Shown here: piece by piece, positions 11,480 through 24,371 of the stretch
Layout: each line of letters opens with the position of its first letter
How positions within the stretch are numbered: position 1 is the first letter of the stretch
Source: Okamejei kenojei
Lineage: Eukaryota
Length of the DNA: 64,000 nucleotides
Assembly (NCBI GenBank): GCA_035221665.1
Contig: CM069143.1
Coordinates: 16,554,001 to 16,618,000 of the forward strand
Direction: 5' to 3'
The notes under the pieces: generated by a model
Seen by the model: the letters and a program-made list of their open reading frames with translations, nothing else
Told to the model about the DNA's origin: nothing
The model's database searches: none
Made by a program: the position numbers and the translations under genes

Positions 11480-13369
11480 CTGCTAAAAGGATGTTGATCG
11501 CCAGTTAATGGGTTCACCAGTAGGTGTTTATGTTTGGGAATAATCATATGAGGCTGAATAGCCATCTGCAATACGAGAGGAAACCATGGCTGGGTAGGCC
11601 AATCTGGCACTACCAATACTCCTGAAGTGGAGTCCTGCTTGACTTTTTGCAGGCATCGACTGATGAGAGAGAATGGGGGAAATGCATATACAAACATTCC
11701 ACCCCAATGAAGCAAGAAGGCATCCACCGTTGCTATGCCAGGATCTGGTTCCCATGAAACACATCTGGGCAACTGATGGTAGTCTAGATGCAAACAAGTC
11801 AATATCTGGCATTCCATACTGAGCAACCACTTGATTAAATATGTCCTGATTTATCATCCATTCTATGTTATCATTGAATTGGCATGACCTAGTGTCTGCT
11901 ACTTAGTTGAATCTACCTAGTAAATATATTGCTGAAAGCCAGATGTTTTTGTCAATGCACCAGCCCCAGATATGATTATCCAGTCTGCCACAAGACTGTG
12001 ACTTGACTCCTCCCATGTGGTTGACATATGCCACTGCTGTGGTGTTGTCAATCGTAACCTGCACATGCAAGTGACTCCTGGCAGAGCAATAAGCTTTAAG
12101 TCCATACCAGATTCCGAAAAGCTCTAAATAATTGATCCCTCTTAATTGCAGAAGGGATGTCTCATCAGTATCCCATCCGCCTCCACAACTGGAAGACATA
12201 TCCGTAGCACCCCAACCCAGCGCACTAACATCCGTATGTAAGATTATGGAAGGTGGTTCAACCAAAACTTCCCTTGGACTTTTTGAGACATTTGTGATCC
12301 ACCATTGAATTTCTGAAATTGCCTCTGCTGACAATTGCATAAGCCTATAAAAATGACCCACATGTGTCCTCAGTGCCTGTTCTTTTGCTCGTTGTAAGTG
12401 TTGATAATGCAGAGGTCCAAACTGCACAGCTGGAAAAGCATCCACCAATTTACCAACTGGCTACCTGTCTAATTGAAGGTCATTGCACACTAAGGAGGTT
12501 GACGCAATCCTCAATTAACTGCTGCTTTTTGTCCCTGGGCAAAGTCACTAACATGTGATCCAAATTAATGGTAAAGCCCAAGTAATCAATAATATTATCT
12601 GGTGATAATTTGGATTTATCTGGATGATTGATGAACCCCAAATGTTCAAAAGCGAGTTTAACAATTGAAACAGATGACTCAGCTGCAGTCCGAGTCTTCC
12701 CGATAATTAAAATATCATCCAAATAAGCCATTACAACATGCCCCTGAGCTCGGAGTAGTCCTAGAACATTTCAACATTTTGGTAAATAATCTAGGAGCTG
12801 AATTTAACCCATTAGGCAATGCTTTGAATTGCGACAACTGACACATCCAGGTAAATTTCAAATACCTCCTATCATCACAATGAACAGACACTGAGTAATA
12901 TGCATCCTTCAAATCTATGCTGGCCATATAACACCCATTTGTAAACCAGTTGTTTAGCAGTAGAAAAAGTTTCCATTTTGAAATGCCTATAGCGTACAAA
13001 GGAGTTCAAGCTCGTCGGGTCCAGAATGATTCTACATTCCCCAGTTTTTTTAGACCTAGGAAAAATACTTGACACAAACTGATGGTTTTGATGAACTGAC
13101 TTCTCAATAGCCCCTTTTTTGTGTAATTTGTTAAGTTCTGCTTGTATGTGCATATTCTCTTCTTGTGAAAATATAAGTTTCCGACTTGGAACATACTGAC
13201 TGGGTGGACACAAAGTAGGGTAAAATTCAATTTCAACCCCCTCTATACTGTTCAGTATAAATGAACCTGATGTTATCTCCTGCCATTGTTTGAGAAACAA
13301 GTGTAATCTGCCCCCAATTTGAACATCTATTTCACTTGATTTATATTCCTTAGGAGCAAAATCTCTCAC
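11473..13369 (-). pseudogene. DIRS RT / RNase H / N6-adenine methyltransferase-like pseudogene
   Basis: IGGRL, SIDLKDAYY, ALPNGL.SAPRLFTK and YLDD; RNase H TDVSALGWG, INYLEL and DNTTAVAYVN; MT DLFASR and DAF...YAFPPF. Confidence 0.9.
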
Positions 13370-14535
13370 CTGCACATGTCCTGACTGCTCTTGTTGCCCT
13401 CGGCCCTTTGTAAGGAAATTAATCCTTCCCCTCATGCCTGTGGCAGGCTGCCAGCTCCGAGTTTGTGAAACTGAGTGGCTCGCCCCTTCACCGGCATCTG
13501 TGATGGTATCCCGCCGATAAGGAAAAACCCTTTTTCCTGGTTTGCCACTTGGCTTGATGAGGCCCATCGTTCTTGCGTCCTCATGTAGTTCTTTAACTCG
13601 CTTAGCGAGATCCTTGCCAAACAAAAGGTTAGGCGGTTGTACGCTGCTCGGCTTACATAGTGATGCCAGTTTTGGGTTTATGACTGGGCGTATAGCACTC
13701 CTCCTTATATTATTAATTTCAAAGACTGCACCACACAGGAGTCCAAGCGCATCCTGGTGGGATTCTGTCATGTGCCCCTTGTCTACAATAGTTGCAAATG
13801 CAGTAAGCCCTGCTGAGAGTAATTTAAGTGCTTTTTGAAACTTCAACTCCTGCGCCCTTGCTGAAACCCCAATTGTGTCCGTATAAGATGGTTCACCATC
13901 GGCACTTTTAACAACCCACAATTAATTGGGGCTTCATATTTTTTGGCCGCCTCGGCCATAGCCAATTCTTGAAGCTGATGTGAGAGCATATATTGAATGG
14001 CTGCTGCCAATTCTTCCCCTAATGGCTCCCCTGCTTCTCTGGGGACTGCAAATTTCTCCGCTATATTTGGAATGATTTCTAGTTCCACTCCCTTGTGGCT
14101 CTCCCCAGCCACTGATTCAGCGCCAGTGTATTGCTGAGCAGGTATACCCTCCTTCCTCAAAAGATGGGTAATCTTGCAGCCCTATTGCAGGCGCTGCTGG
14201 CACAGGCTCTCGAATAGGCTGGCGTGGGCACCACTTCTCCTGTCCTTCTGTAATAAGATCTCGACCTGGGAGAGCCGTGAGCAAACAGTCTCTCCTTGTG
14301 AAGGTAAAACCTCCAGGCCCGACTCTGGGTCAACGGGCCTATTCAATTTCAAAGTTGCCATGCGCCCTACCGGCGTGGCTACGCTGCTCACAGGCAGCGG
14401 GTCCGGTGTCGCTAGCTCCATTGCTGGCGACAGACTTGGTGACCTAGGCGGGCATCCGCTAACCACACTCTCGCGGTCCTCCAACTTTTTTCCCCCGGAT
14501 CGCCTCGCCGACACATTTTTTACTTTCTGTATCAT
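13370..14535 (-). pseudogene. DIRS gag-like ORF1 pseudogene
   Basis: YEAPINC..LKVPMVN and DALGLLC.A.FEINNIRRSAIRP.INPKLASLC are homologous to copy 2 ORF 18873-19460. Confidence 0.8.
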
Positions 14536-14739
14536 TTTAACGGTATGAACGTTACCGCTAACGCAGAAAGTGAGCACAAGAAAAAGTTTGAAACTTACCT
14601 TGCGTTTTAAACTTACCACTTGGAGGAGCTCTGTTGCTCCAACCGGCCGACTGAACCAATGCGTCTGACGTAATGATGCACGTGCGGCTGGACAGGGTTC
14701 TTCACGTAGTCACTCACGTGACTCCGAAGTAAAATGATG

Positions 14740-15665
14740 AATGTACTGGCAACCTAAATATGAAATTATTACTTGCTGCAGCTTCACAGGCCCATTAAAG
14801 TAATAACTCAATAAATAAACGTAAAATAATCAATAAGACAATACATTAATCATCAGTAATATGAGGTAACCAGACCATAATAGTGTAAAAATGAAATACT
14901 TAATATAGCCAAAACAAAATGCATAGTAGGTCATAGTCACTGCAACGGGGTTGTGATTAATGTTATGCCATGTTCAAGATCTTGATGGTTGCTGAGAAGA
15001 AGCTGTTCTTGAACCTGGAGGTCATGGTTTTCAGGTGCCCATACCTTCTTCCTGATGTTAGTAATAAGATGAGAGCATGGCCAGGATGATGTGGATCTTT
15101 AATGGTATTAGCTGCATTTTTGAGGCAGTGGCGCCTGTAGATCTCTTTCATGGTGGGACATCAGTACATGTCATAGACTGGGCAATCTTTACAAATTTTT
15201 GAAGCCTCCTTTATTCCTTGGTGTTTGACTTACTGAACCGGGCCATGACACAACCAGTGTGCTCTCTGCTATACACTTGTAGAAATTCCAAGGAGTATTC
15301 AGAAACATTCCAAATCTCTGTAACCTTCTAAGGAAGTAGATATATTCATGAACTTTATTTGTGATTGCTTCAATGACGTTGGCCCAAGGCAGATCTTTGG
15401 GGATATGCACACCCAGGAACTTTAAATTGTTGACTCTCTCCACCGCCATCCCATTAAAGAAAACAGGTTAATGGATTTTTAGCTGTCACTTCCTAAAGCC
15501 AATAGTCAATTCCTTGGTCTTGCTAACATTGAGAGCAAGATTGCTGTTCTGGCACCATTCAATCAGATTATCAATCTCCCTCCTGTACTCCGACTCATCA
15601 TTACTGATACTTGTTCAACAACGTTGATATCTTCAACAAATTTAAAGATGGTGCTGTAGCTGTTT
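14740..15665 (-). mobile_element. Rex1-clade LINE fragment
   Basis: ORFs 15189-15449 (VERVNNLKFLGVHI, YFLRRL) and 14963-15151 (IKDPHHPGH..L.SGRRY..FKNSFF). Confidence 0.85.
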
Positions 15666-16574
15666 TGCAACATACGAGGATTTTGTTTTGCCATATAGTG
15701 ATACTAATAAAAAGCACACAAAATACATTTTAACATAAACATAATCATCCACCACAGTGACTCCTCCACATTCCTCACTGTGATGAAATGCGTAAAATAG
15801 TTAAATCTCTTTCCTTTTTGTCCTCCGTGTCGGGGCGATCAAGGTCCTGCATCGGGGGGAATCTCAGATTCCCCACGCTGGGCGATCTACCCCATGGACA
15901 AAATTGCATTCTTCAGATTACCACTTATGATCCTCCTCTAATTAATGAACCAAAGCACCTCCATATTGAATGGCACATGGAAAGAGTATACTCAGTATGG
16001 TGTCTGTGGCACTGTTGCTGATTGAGCTGGTCAAAGCCTAATGATATAGCTGCCGGACGAGGTCAGGGGCTAGTGGTGTGAAAACCATCATGAGAGATAA
16101 AACTGTCTAACCCCTTCCTGACTAAAGTATTTGCAATCCTCTACAGCCAGATGTGCCATGAATGGCATAACTCGGTGTCCTCCTGACATTTTTACCATTA
16201 TAAAGGGCAGTTTTCTATCAATTCTATTCATGCTGCCTCATATCAAGAACCAATTAAGTAGCGTATATACAGCAGAGGTTCAGCACTCAGTAACATCTGT
16301 CATCCTGAAAAAAATGCTTGAGAACCAGACATGCCTCTCATCAAGCACTTGTTGTACTGCAATGGAATCAAATCAATCTCTCACTCTAGTCTATTTTATT
16401 AGCAGTGGTGTAAAGTGTAATTGATGGTCTGCAGACTGAAGCTTAGTGTGTGACCTGCCAGGACTATTTGATTCCAGAACCCATTACAGATTTGGTCCAA
16501 CAGTACTGAATACTGGAGGTGAGATGGGAGTGACTGTCTTAGTCACTATAGCAACTATGAGGCAGCAGATAATC

Positions 16575-16826
16575 TGGAAAACTGAAGAATTTGGAAACTA
16601 GGGATAAGTTTCTACCAGAGAAAAGGAATAGCTGACTGTTTTTTATTTGAAACCCTTCTTCAGACAGAGTCATGAGGGAAGAAAACTAGAAGAATGAAAA
16701 GGTTCAAAACAATTCAGTGCCAGACCCAATAAACAAGGATAGCTGAAGTCCACAATGGTCCATTGTTGGCTGTGGGTGATAACGAAGGGGTATATGGATG
16801 CGAACAGTGTGAATGGCAGGATGACT
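16575..16826 (-). mobile_element. PLE 3' UTR/pLTR fragment
   Basis: cccttcttcagac motif at about 16653-16665 and similarity to the reverse complement of 3480-3720. Truncated by an assembly gap. Confidence 0.65.
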
Positions 16827-16961
16827 NNNNNNNNNNNNNNNNNNNNNNNNNNNNNNNNNNNNNNNNNNNNNNNNNNNNNNNNNNNNNNNNNNNNNNNNNN
16901 NNNNNNNNNNNNNNNNNNNNNNNNNNNNNNNNNNNNNNNNNNNNNNNNNNNNNNNNNNNNN
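16827..16961. other. Assembly gap (N run)
   Basis: 135 N. Confidence 1.
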
Positions 16962-17691
16962 ATTCACATTATGGAAATATGTGTTTATTAAGAACAATCT
17001 GTATAATCTCTAATGCAACAGCTTACTAAAAATGCAATTAAATCCTGGAAATTTGGGCTATGTCTGTATTTAAGGCTGCAACATGAGAAAAAATCTTAAT
17101 GAAGATCTTGTTAATCATACGTGACATTAACATCTTAGAGAATAAGTTAAGACCCATTAGGATGCATACATTCAAATAATTTCATGAGTTCGAAAACTAT
17201 CAATGGTTAAACAAATGAATTGGCTTATTGCAGTTTGATATACAATGATACAAAATAGTAGAAATGGATTGAAGCAATATTATAAAATATGTACAGTAAT
17301 GTAATACTAGAAAGCACAATTCTGCAATAATTTTAATTTACAATGCTTTTTTGTGAGATTGCATTATAGTTTAGTTTAGTTTAAGTTTATTGTCACATGT
17401 AGCGAAGTAGAGTGAAAGCAGTGAGTAAGGTGGACAGTGAACCATGAGGTACATCTGTTTAAGAGCTCATCATTTTACTTCGGAGTCACGTGAGTGACTT
17501 CGTGAAGACCCCGCCAGCACGCATTCGTGACATATCGTCGCTCGCATTTGCTACCGACAAGCTGGGGGGGGGGGGGGGGGGGGGAGTGCGCTCTCTCCAC
17601 AGCTCCTTCAAAAGGACCAGGAAAAGGTAAGTTCACTAACCTTAAGCTGGTTTGCATGTAGGAGTCCTTGTGTTTCTACCTGCAGGAAACG

Positions 17692-19460
17692 ATGGAAGGA
17701 AAAGGGAAAGGTAAGCTTTCCAAGCGCTGCAGGACTTCTGGTCAGCGGGACACTTCTCCGGAGCTATTCACCACACCGGCGGCGTCCGGGAAATGGATGG
17801 GGGAAAAGGTGCGGAAGTTGGGCGCACCTGTTACACCAGCGTCCATCTCGTCTCCAAAGGCAGCCGCACTGGTGCAGGGTATGTGCAACCCTGATTTCAT
17901 GCCTCCATCCCCCGGGAGGGGGGGGAGCAAGAAGGTACGTGGAGTGCCTCGCACACCAGTGACAGCAACACCTCGTCTGGGGGGAAGACCGCGCCGACGT
18001 CGAGCCCCGCAGCCGAAGCAGGTCTCGAGAAGCCGCCGGGGTGTCCTGACTTAGAGCGGGCCGGTAGAGCTGCTGCGGAGTCGAGCAGCCCTGCCGGAAT
18101 AGGAGCTGCCAGCTTCACACCGGGGTATGCTCGAGTGCAAACCGATGGCAGCCACATGCGGTCGGTTAGTTTGCCTGGGGCCGCTGCTGACCATGCACCC
18201 CTACCGAGACATAATGTCAGGAATAGGGGTAAGCCTGCATGGACTCCGGGGAGCCAGGCACTGGGGGCCGGCACCGACTTATATCCACTGCCTTCCCACC
18301 AGGCACGGGGACCGCCACAGTCCGCTCGTGGGCGGACTAGCGGAGAGTCTGTGTGGGAGTCGTACGGGCCTGCAGGAGCGGGTGTCGACGACCTCCTGCC
18401 ACCAGATCGCACTCACCATTTCCTGGGGGTAAGATCTGCTGGTAGAAGCCCCAGCGACATTGCAGAGCCTGGGGAAGTCGGCTTGTTGGCTACATGCAGT
18501 AGCGACGGTCGCATGGACCGGTTGGTGGATGGTGGAGCGCCTAGTTCAACAAGAACAGGACAGGAAAGAACGGTGGTCCCGGGCCTCGCTACCCACAGCC
18601 GTCAGCCACCAAGCATCTCGCCTTCCTCTGCTGGGAGTGCCAGAAGTCTGCAGGAGGTCAAGTTCGATGCCGAGCCAGACATGCCGGAGGTCGATACTCC
18701 AGAGGCAGATGAGGACCTACTGGATGTTGTGGGCAAATTTGCTACTGCGCCTCCTTCGGGGGGCTGCACTACATCCAACACTGGCAGGGACGATTAACTT
18801 TCTCACCTCACACCAGCTACAGGAACGACATCATGGATAAATTCAAGCCACCGGAGAATTGCTTTAATCTGAATGTCCCCATGGTCAATGCTCAAATTTG
18901 GAGGAATGAGTAATACCGCCAGAGTTCAGGACGCACGCCTCCAGAAAATCCTGAAACTCCTCTCAATGGGAATCACTGCTTACGCCAGGACCCTCGATGG
19001 GGAGAACATGTCCAGAGAGCAGCAGGATGCTCTGGCTTTACTCTGCAATGCCCAGTTTGAGATTAATTGTCTCCGAAAAAGCTCTATCCGGCCCACGCTC
19101 AACCCTAAATTTGCAGGGTTGTGCCGTACCTCCACCACTCCACCACCACATCAGCTGTTCAGGGAAGACCTGCCGAAAAAGGTAAAAGAGATGGACGAGG
19201 AGGCCAAAGCCGTCAGCCTCATGAAGCCGCCTTCATCAAGGGCCTACGCCTATCAGCAACCGCCGTATACCGCTTGGAAACCTCGCCCACCAGACAGGAC
19301 ACCTCGGGCAAATCCACCGCCAGTTCCCCAACAGCAGATCCCTTTTTTAGGGCAGGGCCCTCGGAGGCCCACCTGGAAAATGCGGCCTCCACCTCGTCAA
19401 GCCACACGATGTCCCCCCAAACCACCATACACCAGGACCTGCCGTTGCCCATGGAGGTAA
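17692..19460 (+). pseudogene. DIRS gag-like ORF1 pseudogene
   Basis: Broken ORFs 17668-18054, 18135-18797 and 18873-19460. QDARLQKILKLL and DALALLCNAQFEINCLRK are shared with copies 1 and 4. Confidence 0.8.
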
Positions 19461-21359
19461 GGGGGTCTGGTTCTACTAAGCAAGTATCAATGGTACCCTC
19501 ACAAGTAGGGGGACGGTTGCGGGCTTTCAGTGGTGCATGGGATAAAATAACTACCGACTCTTTTATTTTACAAAGTGTTCGGGGTTATGTCATAGAGTTT
19601 ATTAACGGTCAACGTCCCCCTACTCAGCATGTACCTAATCGCACATTTGCGCTCTCTCACAAAGAGATCGAGCAAGGACATGCAGCAATATTATGGCTGG
19701 CAGCCAAAGGGGTGATAGGGAAGACGACACATGAACCCATTGAGTTCGTGTCCAACATCTTTATTAAAACCAAAAAAGATGGAGGTTGTCGGATCATCAT
19801 TGAACTAACTCAGTTGAACACTTTCGTACAATATACCCATTTCAAAATGGAAACCTTTGAAACTGCTAAGCAGCTACTGTATCCGGGGTACTTTATGGCT
19901 TGCATCGATCTCAAAGATGCATACTATACAGTCCCCATCATAGAATCCCATAGGAAATTCTTGAAATTTGTCTGGTAGGGACAATTATGGCAATATGAAG
20001 CTTTACCCCATGGCTTAACCACAGCCCCTAGACTGTTTATCAAAATAGTCAAACCGATACTGGCTATCCTACGGCAACAGCATTATATCGTCATGGCTTA
20101 CCTAAACGATATCCTTATAGTGGGACCAACCCTCCACTTGGCAGAGCTGGCAGTCACAGCGACCAAATATTTATTCGAGACATTAGGGTTTGTTACCCAT
20201 CCAGACAAATCCAAATTCACCCCATCTCAAATCATGGAGTATCTGGGCTTTACTATCGACACCACCTGAATGATAGTCACTATCCCACCCAGCAAAGCAT
20301 CTGATATAAAAGATGCATGTACCAGCCTTGCTTGCGCCAGGGTGCCGACCATTCGACATACTGCCAAGGTGATTGGGAAACTGGTAGCAACATTTCCAGC
20401 TGCGCAATTCGGCCCACTGCACTATCAAAACTTACAACGAGCAAAGATTTCAGCATTAAAAGCCAATGCTGGGCACTTTGACAGGCCAATACGGCTACCA
20501 ATTAAGGCTAATCTGAGCTACAGTGGTGGGTTGACAATATTAGTGCGTGTTACAAACCCATCATTACTAGCAACCCGTCAGTCGTGTTACAAACTGACGC
20601 AAGTGCTCAAGGTTGGTGTGCAACTGACACCACGTCTAGTTGTGGTGGCAGATGGGATCCTCCCGAGTCTACCCTCCTTCAGACACACGGGATAAATTAT
20701 TTGGAGATGCTTGGGGCTTTCCATGGTCTGAGGGCATACATGTCCGTCTTCAAATAGATAATACCACGATGGTGGCTTACATAAATCATATGGGTGGTAT
20801 CAGGTCGTTATCTTGTGACGAATTGGCGAACACAATTTGGCCTTGGTGTATTGAAAGAAATATTTGGCTCACAGCGACCTATCTACCAGGGAAGCTCAAC
20901 ACAGTGGCAGACACCAGGTCACATGTGTTCAATGATAACATCGAGTGGATGTTGGACCCCCAAATATTTGCTCAAATTATAGCTAACTTTGATACACCAG
21001 ATATCGACCTCTTTGCGTCCAGGTTGAACCATCAGATACCAACGTAACTGTCTTGGGAACCAGACCCTGGGGCAGTGGCTATGGATGCTTTTTCACTCCA
21101 TTGGGGGAAATGGTTCTACTACGCATTTCCCCCATTCTGCCTCATCAGTCGGGTATTGCAGAAAATACAACTGGATTCTGCTTCAGGCATATTGATCATT
21201 CCCGATTGGCCTACACAGCCATGGTACCCGGTGGTTCTCCAAATAATAATACGTCCGTGGGTTAAAATTGCTAAACACCCCACATTACTCACTGACCCCA
21301 TTACGGGGGACAGTCACCCGTGCCATGGTCACTTACACCTTTTAGCTTGCAGGTTCTGA
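19451..21359 (+). pseudogene. DIRS RT / RNase H / methyltransferase-like pseudogene
   Basis: VGGRL, KKDGGCRII, CIDLKDAYY, YLND (YLDD mutated), QTDAS.QGW, DNTTMVAYINHMGG, DLFASRLN and YAFPPF, with several stops and frameshifts. Confidence 0.9.
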
Positions 21360-22315
21360 AGAAGCCGCTCATGGAGGCCAGCATATCGGCCAGAGCTATG
21401 GACCTCATTTCAGCATCGTGCAGAGTATCAACCCGGCAGCAGTACCTCACCCAGATCAGGAAGTGGGAGGCCTACTGCTCCCGAACACATACCACCTACA
21501 ACTCTGGCACGATCCCTGACGTCCTGGAATTCCTAGCGGGCCTTCATTACGATGAGGGTCTCAGCTACAGTGCCATCAACTGCGCCAGGAGTGCGCTCTC
21601 CTCATACCTGAATATAGGTGTGGGCACGCACCATCTGGTGTCCAAATTCATGAGGGGAGTGTTCAACACCAACCCTCCACGACCCCGATACAACATCACA
21701 TGGGATGTGGGCGTAGTACTTACACTACTGAGAAGCTGGTCCCCTTTGACAGGACTACCTCTTGACAAGCTCACCCTTAAAGTGGTGATGCTGATGGCAC
21801 TCACTTCAGCTCAACGAGTCCAGGCCTTACAGAAGCTTCGGCTGGACCCGATGGTCTCGACTCCTGCAAAGGTGACTTTCTTTGTCAAGGACCTGCTGAA
21901 GTAACATAGGCCTGGGACTTCTGGGCTGCAGTTGGAGTTCTGGGCATACCCCACTGATGCCACCCTCTGCATAGCCACCCATCACCGCTATTACATCCGA
22001 ACAACTCGAACCATCCGGAAGATGGAGCAGGGGCTCCTCATCAGCCACAAACAACCACATCACCGGGTGACTGTGCAGACTATCGCAAGGTGGCTCAGGG
22101 TGGTGTTGGGTGCAGCTGGTATCGATACTAACATTTTTAACTCTCATTCTACCAGGGCTGCATCCACATCAGCGGCAAGGGCCATGGAGGTGCCCATGGA
22201 CCACATCCTCACCACTGCGGGCTGGGCCAGTGAATCGACTTTCCAGAGCTTTTATAATAAATCGGTGGTCGCCCCCGCTACATTTGCGGATGCCGTGCTG
22301 AGAGCCGCTCCGTGA
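21353..22315 (+). pseudogene. DIRS tyrosine recombinase, one in-frame stop (21902-21904)
   Basis: ORFs 21320-21904 and 21932-22315 are in the same frame. R (AQRVQ), HSTR, AGW and FY catalytic motifs are present. Confidence 0.92.
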
Positions 22316-23280
22316 ATGTTTACTCCCCGAGTATGGGTTTTTCTTTGTTATTCTTTGTTTAATAAATCTGCATTATTTGTCAGCCTCTTCAGTCTGGAAT
22401 GCATTAACAACCTTCCTCCATCAGTATTGCGGCAGTGTGATAGCATGGACGTTGTCCAGGGCGTGTAATCACAGAAGCTTTGAAGTCTTCACGTAGTCAC
22501 TCATGTGACTCCGAAGTAAAATAGTAAGATTAAACGAGAACTTACCAAGTTTGAAGGTTGATCTTTATTTTATGAGGAGTTGCGATGAGGGATTTCGTGC
22601 CCTCCGCTCCTATCCCTCTATCATAAGGTCAACTGGTATGTTCTACTTTGTTAATCTTACTATCTACTTCCATGATATGTTCGGTGATTCCACACCGCTG
22701 CTTTAAAGAATGTCGCGCATGCGTGCTGGCGGGGTCCTCACGAAATCCCTCATCGCAACTCCTCATAAAATAAAGATCAACCTTCAAACTTGGTAAGTTC
22801 TCGTTTATTATTACTATTTAACTCTGAACATTTGGCTATTTTGCCATTGAAGGGCAGAGATCAATCTAATAGGCCTTTCAACTATTCTCATTGGGGAAAA
22901 TTGGAAAGCAAGTTAATTCAAAAACATTTATGCACCTTTGATGCAGTATCCACCAGCTGGATATGGAAGATAGGAAATGGGTTATTGTAAATTAGCTATT
23001 TTAAGTAATATTGAAAACAACTTTAAAATAATATAAGTAGCAGTGCAACTCATACAATATCTGAGTTTTCAAAATTCAGCACATTTAAATGGAATCTGTG
23101 CAACTCAACAATGTTATTTTTTGGTTAGGTGAAGGAAAGCATTGATTACTACGTCAAAGACAATCAAAATGTAATGGACAACCATGCAGAATAATGTAAT
23201 ATCAGACTTCTGTGTGCAAATAATATTGGCTTCACTGCTCAGGCCTCCAATAGTTTCTCTGCTTAGCTTTTTAGAGAATA

Positions 23281-24371
23281 TTAGACTAAGTGGGACAAGT
23301 TGGGTCTCTGTCACATGGGAGGCCTGGTCCCACAAAGCAACCCGTTCCCCAATGCAATATTCCACTACTCACCCATTCCCCCAACGCTACCCGTTCCCCC
23401 AATGCAATATTGCACCACTCACCCATAGCCCCCAACTGTGTAGGCATAGCTCATTTCCCCTCATCCCTCAGCACACTTTTCCCCTCATCCCCCAGCACTC
23501 TTCACCCTTCCTCTTCTTTCCCCTCTCCTCCTCCACTCCCCCAATCCCTCACTCACCTCTCCCTCCCTCTCCTTCCCCTGCCCTCAGTCACTCCATCCCT
23601 CCATAACTCCTCTCCCCTCCCTACCTTCCCTTCTCCCTCTATCCCCCCTCCTCCCCCACACTCCCTCCTCACCTCACCCCCATTCCCATCCCTCTCTGTC
23701 CCTACCCTGTCCTCTCCCTCAATCTCCCCACTCTCCTTCCCCACCTCCCCAGAATTTCGAGGTTGCTGCTCCTCTCCCTCCTTCTGTGTCCAGTGGAGCA
23801 GCAGCCATCAGCGCCCTCAGAGCCAGGCTCAGTGCTCAGGCCTCGGATTGTCGCATGGCCTCTCCCCATCCCCGGAGCCAGCCGGTTTCCGCCGCCACTG
23901 CCAGCCTCGGCGCCCAGGCCTTGGACCATTACGTGGCCTCCCACCGCTGCCAGCCTCTGCGCCCAGGCCCCAGATCATTGCATGTCCTCTCCCTGTCCCC
24001 GGAGCCGGCTGGCCAGGCGAAGCAAGCGCCACCGGTGACAGACAGCGGACGCAGCCAATCAATGTGGTGATGGTGCAGGAAGGGGCATCACCATCCCGGC
24101 CATGGTGGTGACTGACAGAAGTGGAGACCAATCTGCATGGCGGTGACTGACAGGAGAGTTCAATCTGCGCATGCGTGGTATTTAAGATTTTTAAACCTTT
24201 ATAACTTTTTAAATATACAATCGATTGGAACTAAACTTACTGCACTTGCAGCACAGGAGAATGGTGAGTAAGGTGCAAAAAATTGTAGCACTATTGTGTA
24301 CCGTTTTTGCGCAAAAACAAAAACCACGCAGACCGGAAGATAACAAGATCAGAGTTTTCATTATATATAGA
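23281..24371 (-). mobile_element. Non-autonomous Helitron
   Basis: The minus strand starts A|TCTATATATAATGAAAACTC and ends with a GC hairpin plus TTAGTCTAA|T (degenerate CTAG). No TSD. Internal CT-rich tract and GC-rich tandem repeats; termini homologous to 30232-31721. Confidence 0.75.

Larger units (their letters stand above)
10045..14735 (-). mobile_element. DIRS1-type retrotransposon copy 1 (near full-length, decayed)
   Basis: 5' end ATTTTACTTCGGAGTCACGTGAGTGACTACGTGAAG at 14735. The internal complementary region (ICR) at about 10265-10376 is complementary to both termini. Order is gag-RT/RH-MT-YR. Confidence 0.95.
17472..22819 (+). mobile_element. DIRS1-type retrotransposon copy 2 (full-length, divergent subfamily)
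   Basis: 5' ATTTTACTTCGGAGTCACGTGAGTGAC. Short ITR (17500-17530 vs 22716-22743). ICR 22487-22599 is the reverse complement of the 5' end joined to that of the 3' end. ATTT at both junctions. Confidence 0.95.

Noticed and set aside
12875-13921. Apparent in-frame gag-RT fusion ORF in DIRS copy 1
   Set aside because: Copy 2 has gag and RT in different overlapping frames, and copy 1 has many indels, so a post-insertion frameshift is more likely.
17563-17584. 22-nt G run in the DIRS leader (possible G-quadruplex)
   Set aside because: Absent from the other DIRS leaders. Homopolymer expansion or sequencing artefact is more likely.
23184-24131. Long Pro/Ser-rich ORFs up to 273 aa
   Set aside because: Products of CT-rich low complexity and GC-rich tandem repeats within the Helitron.
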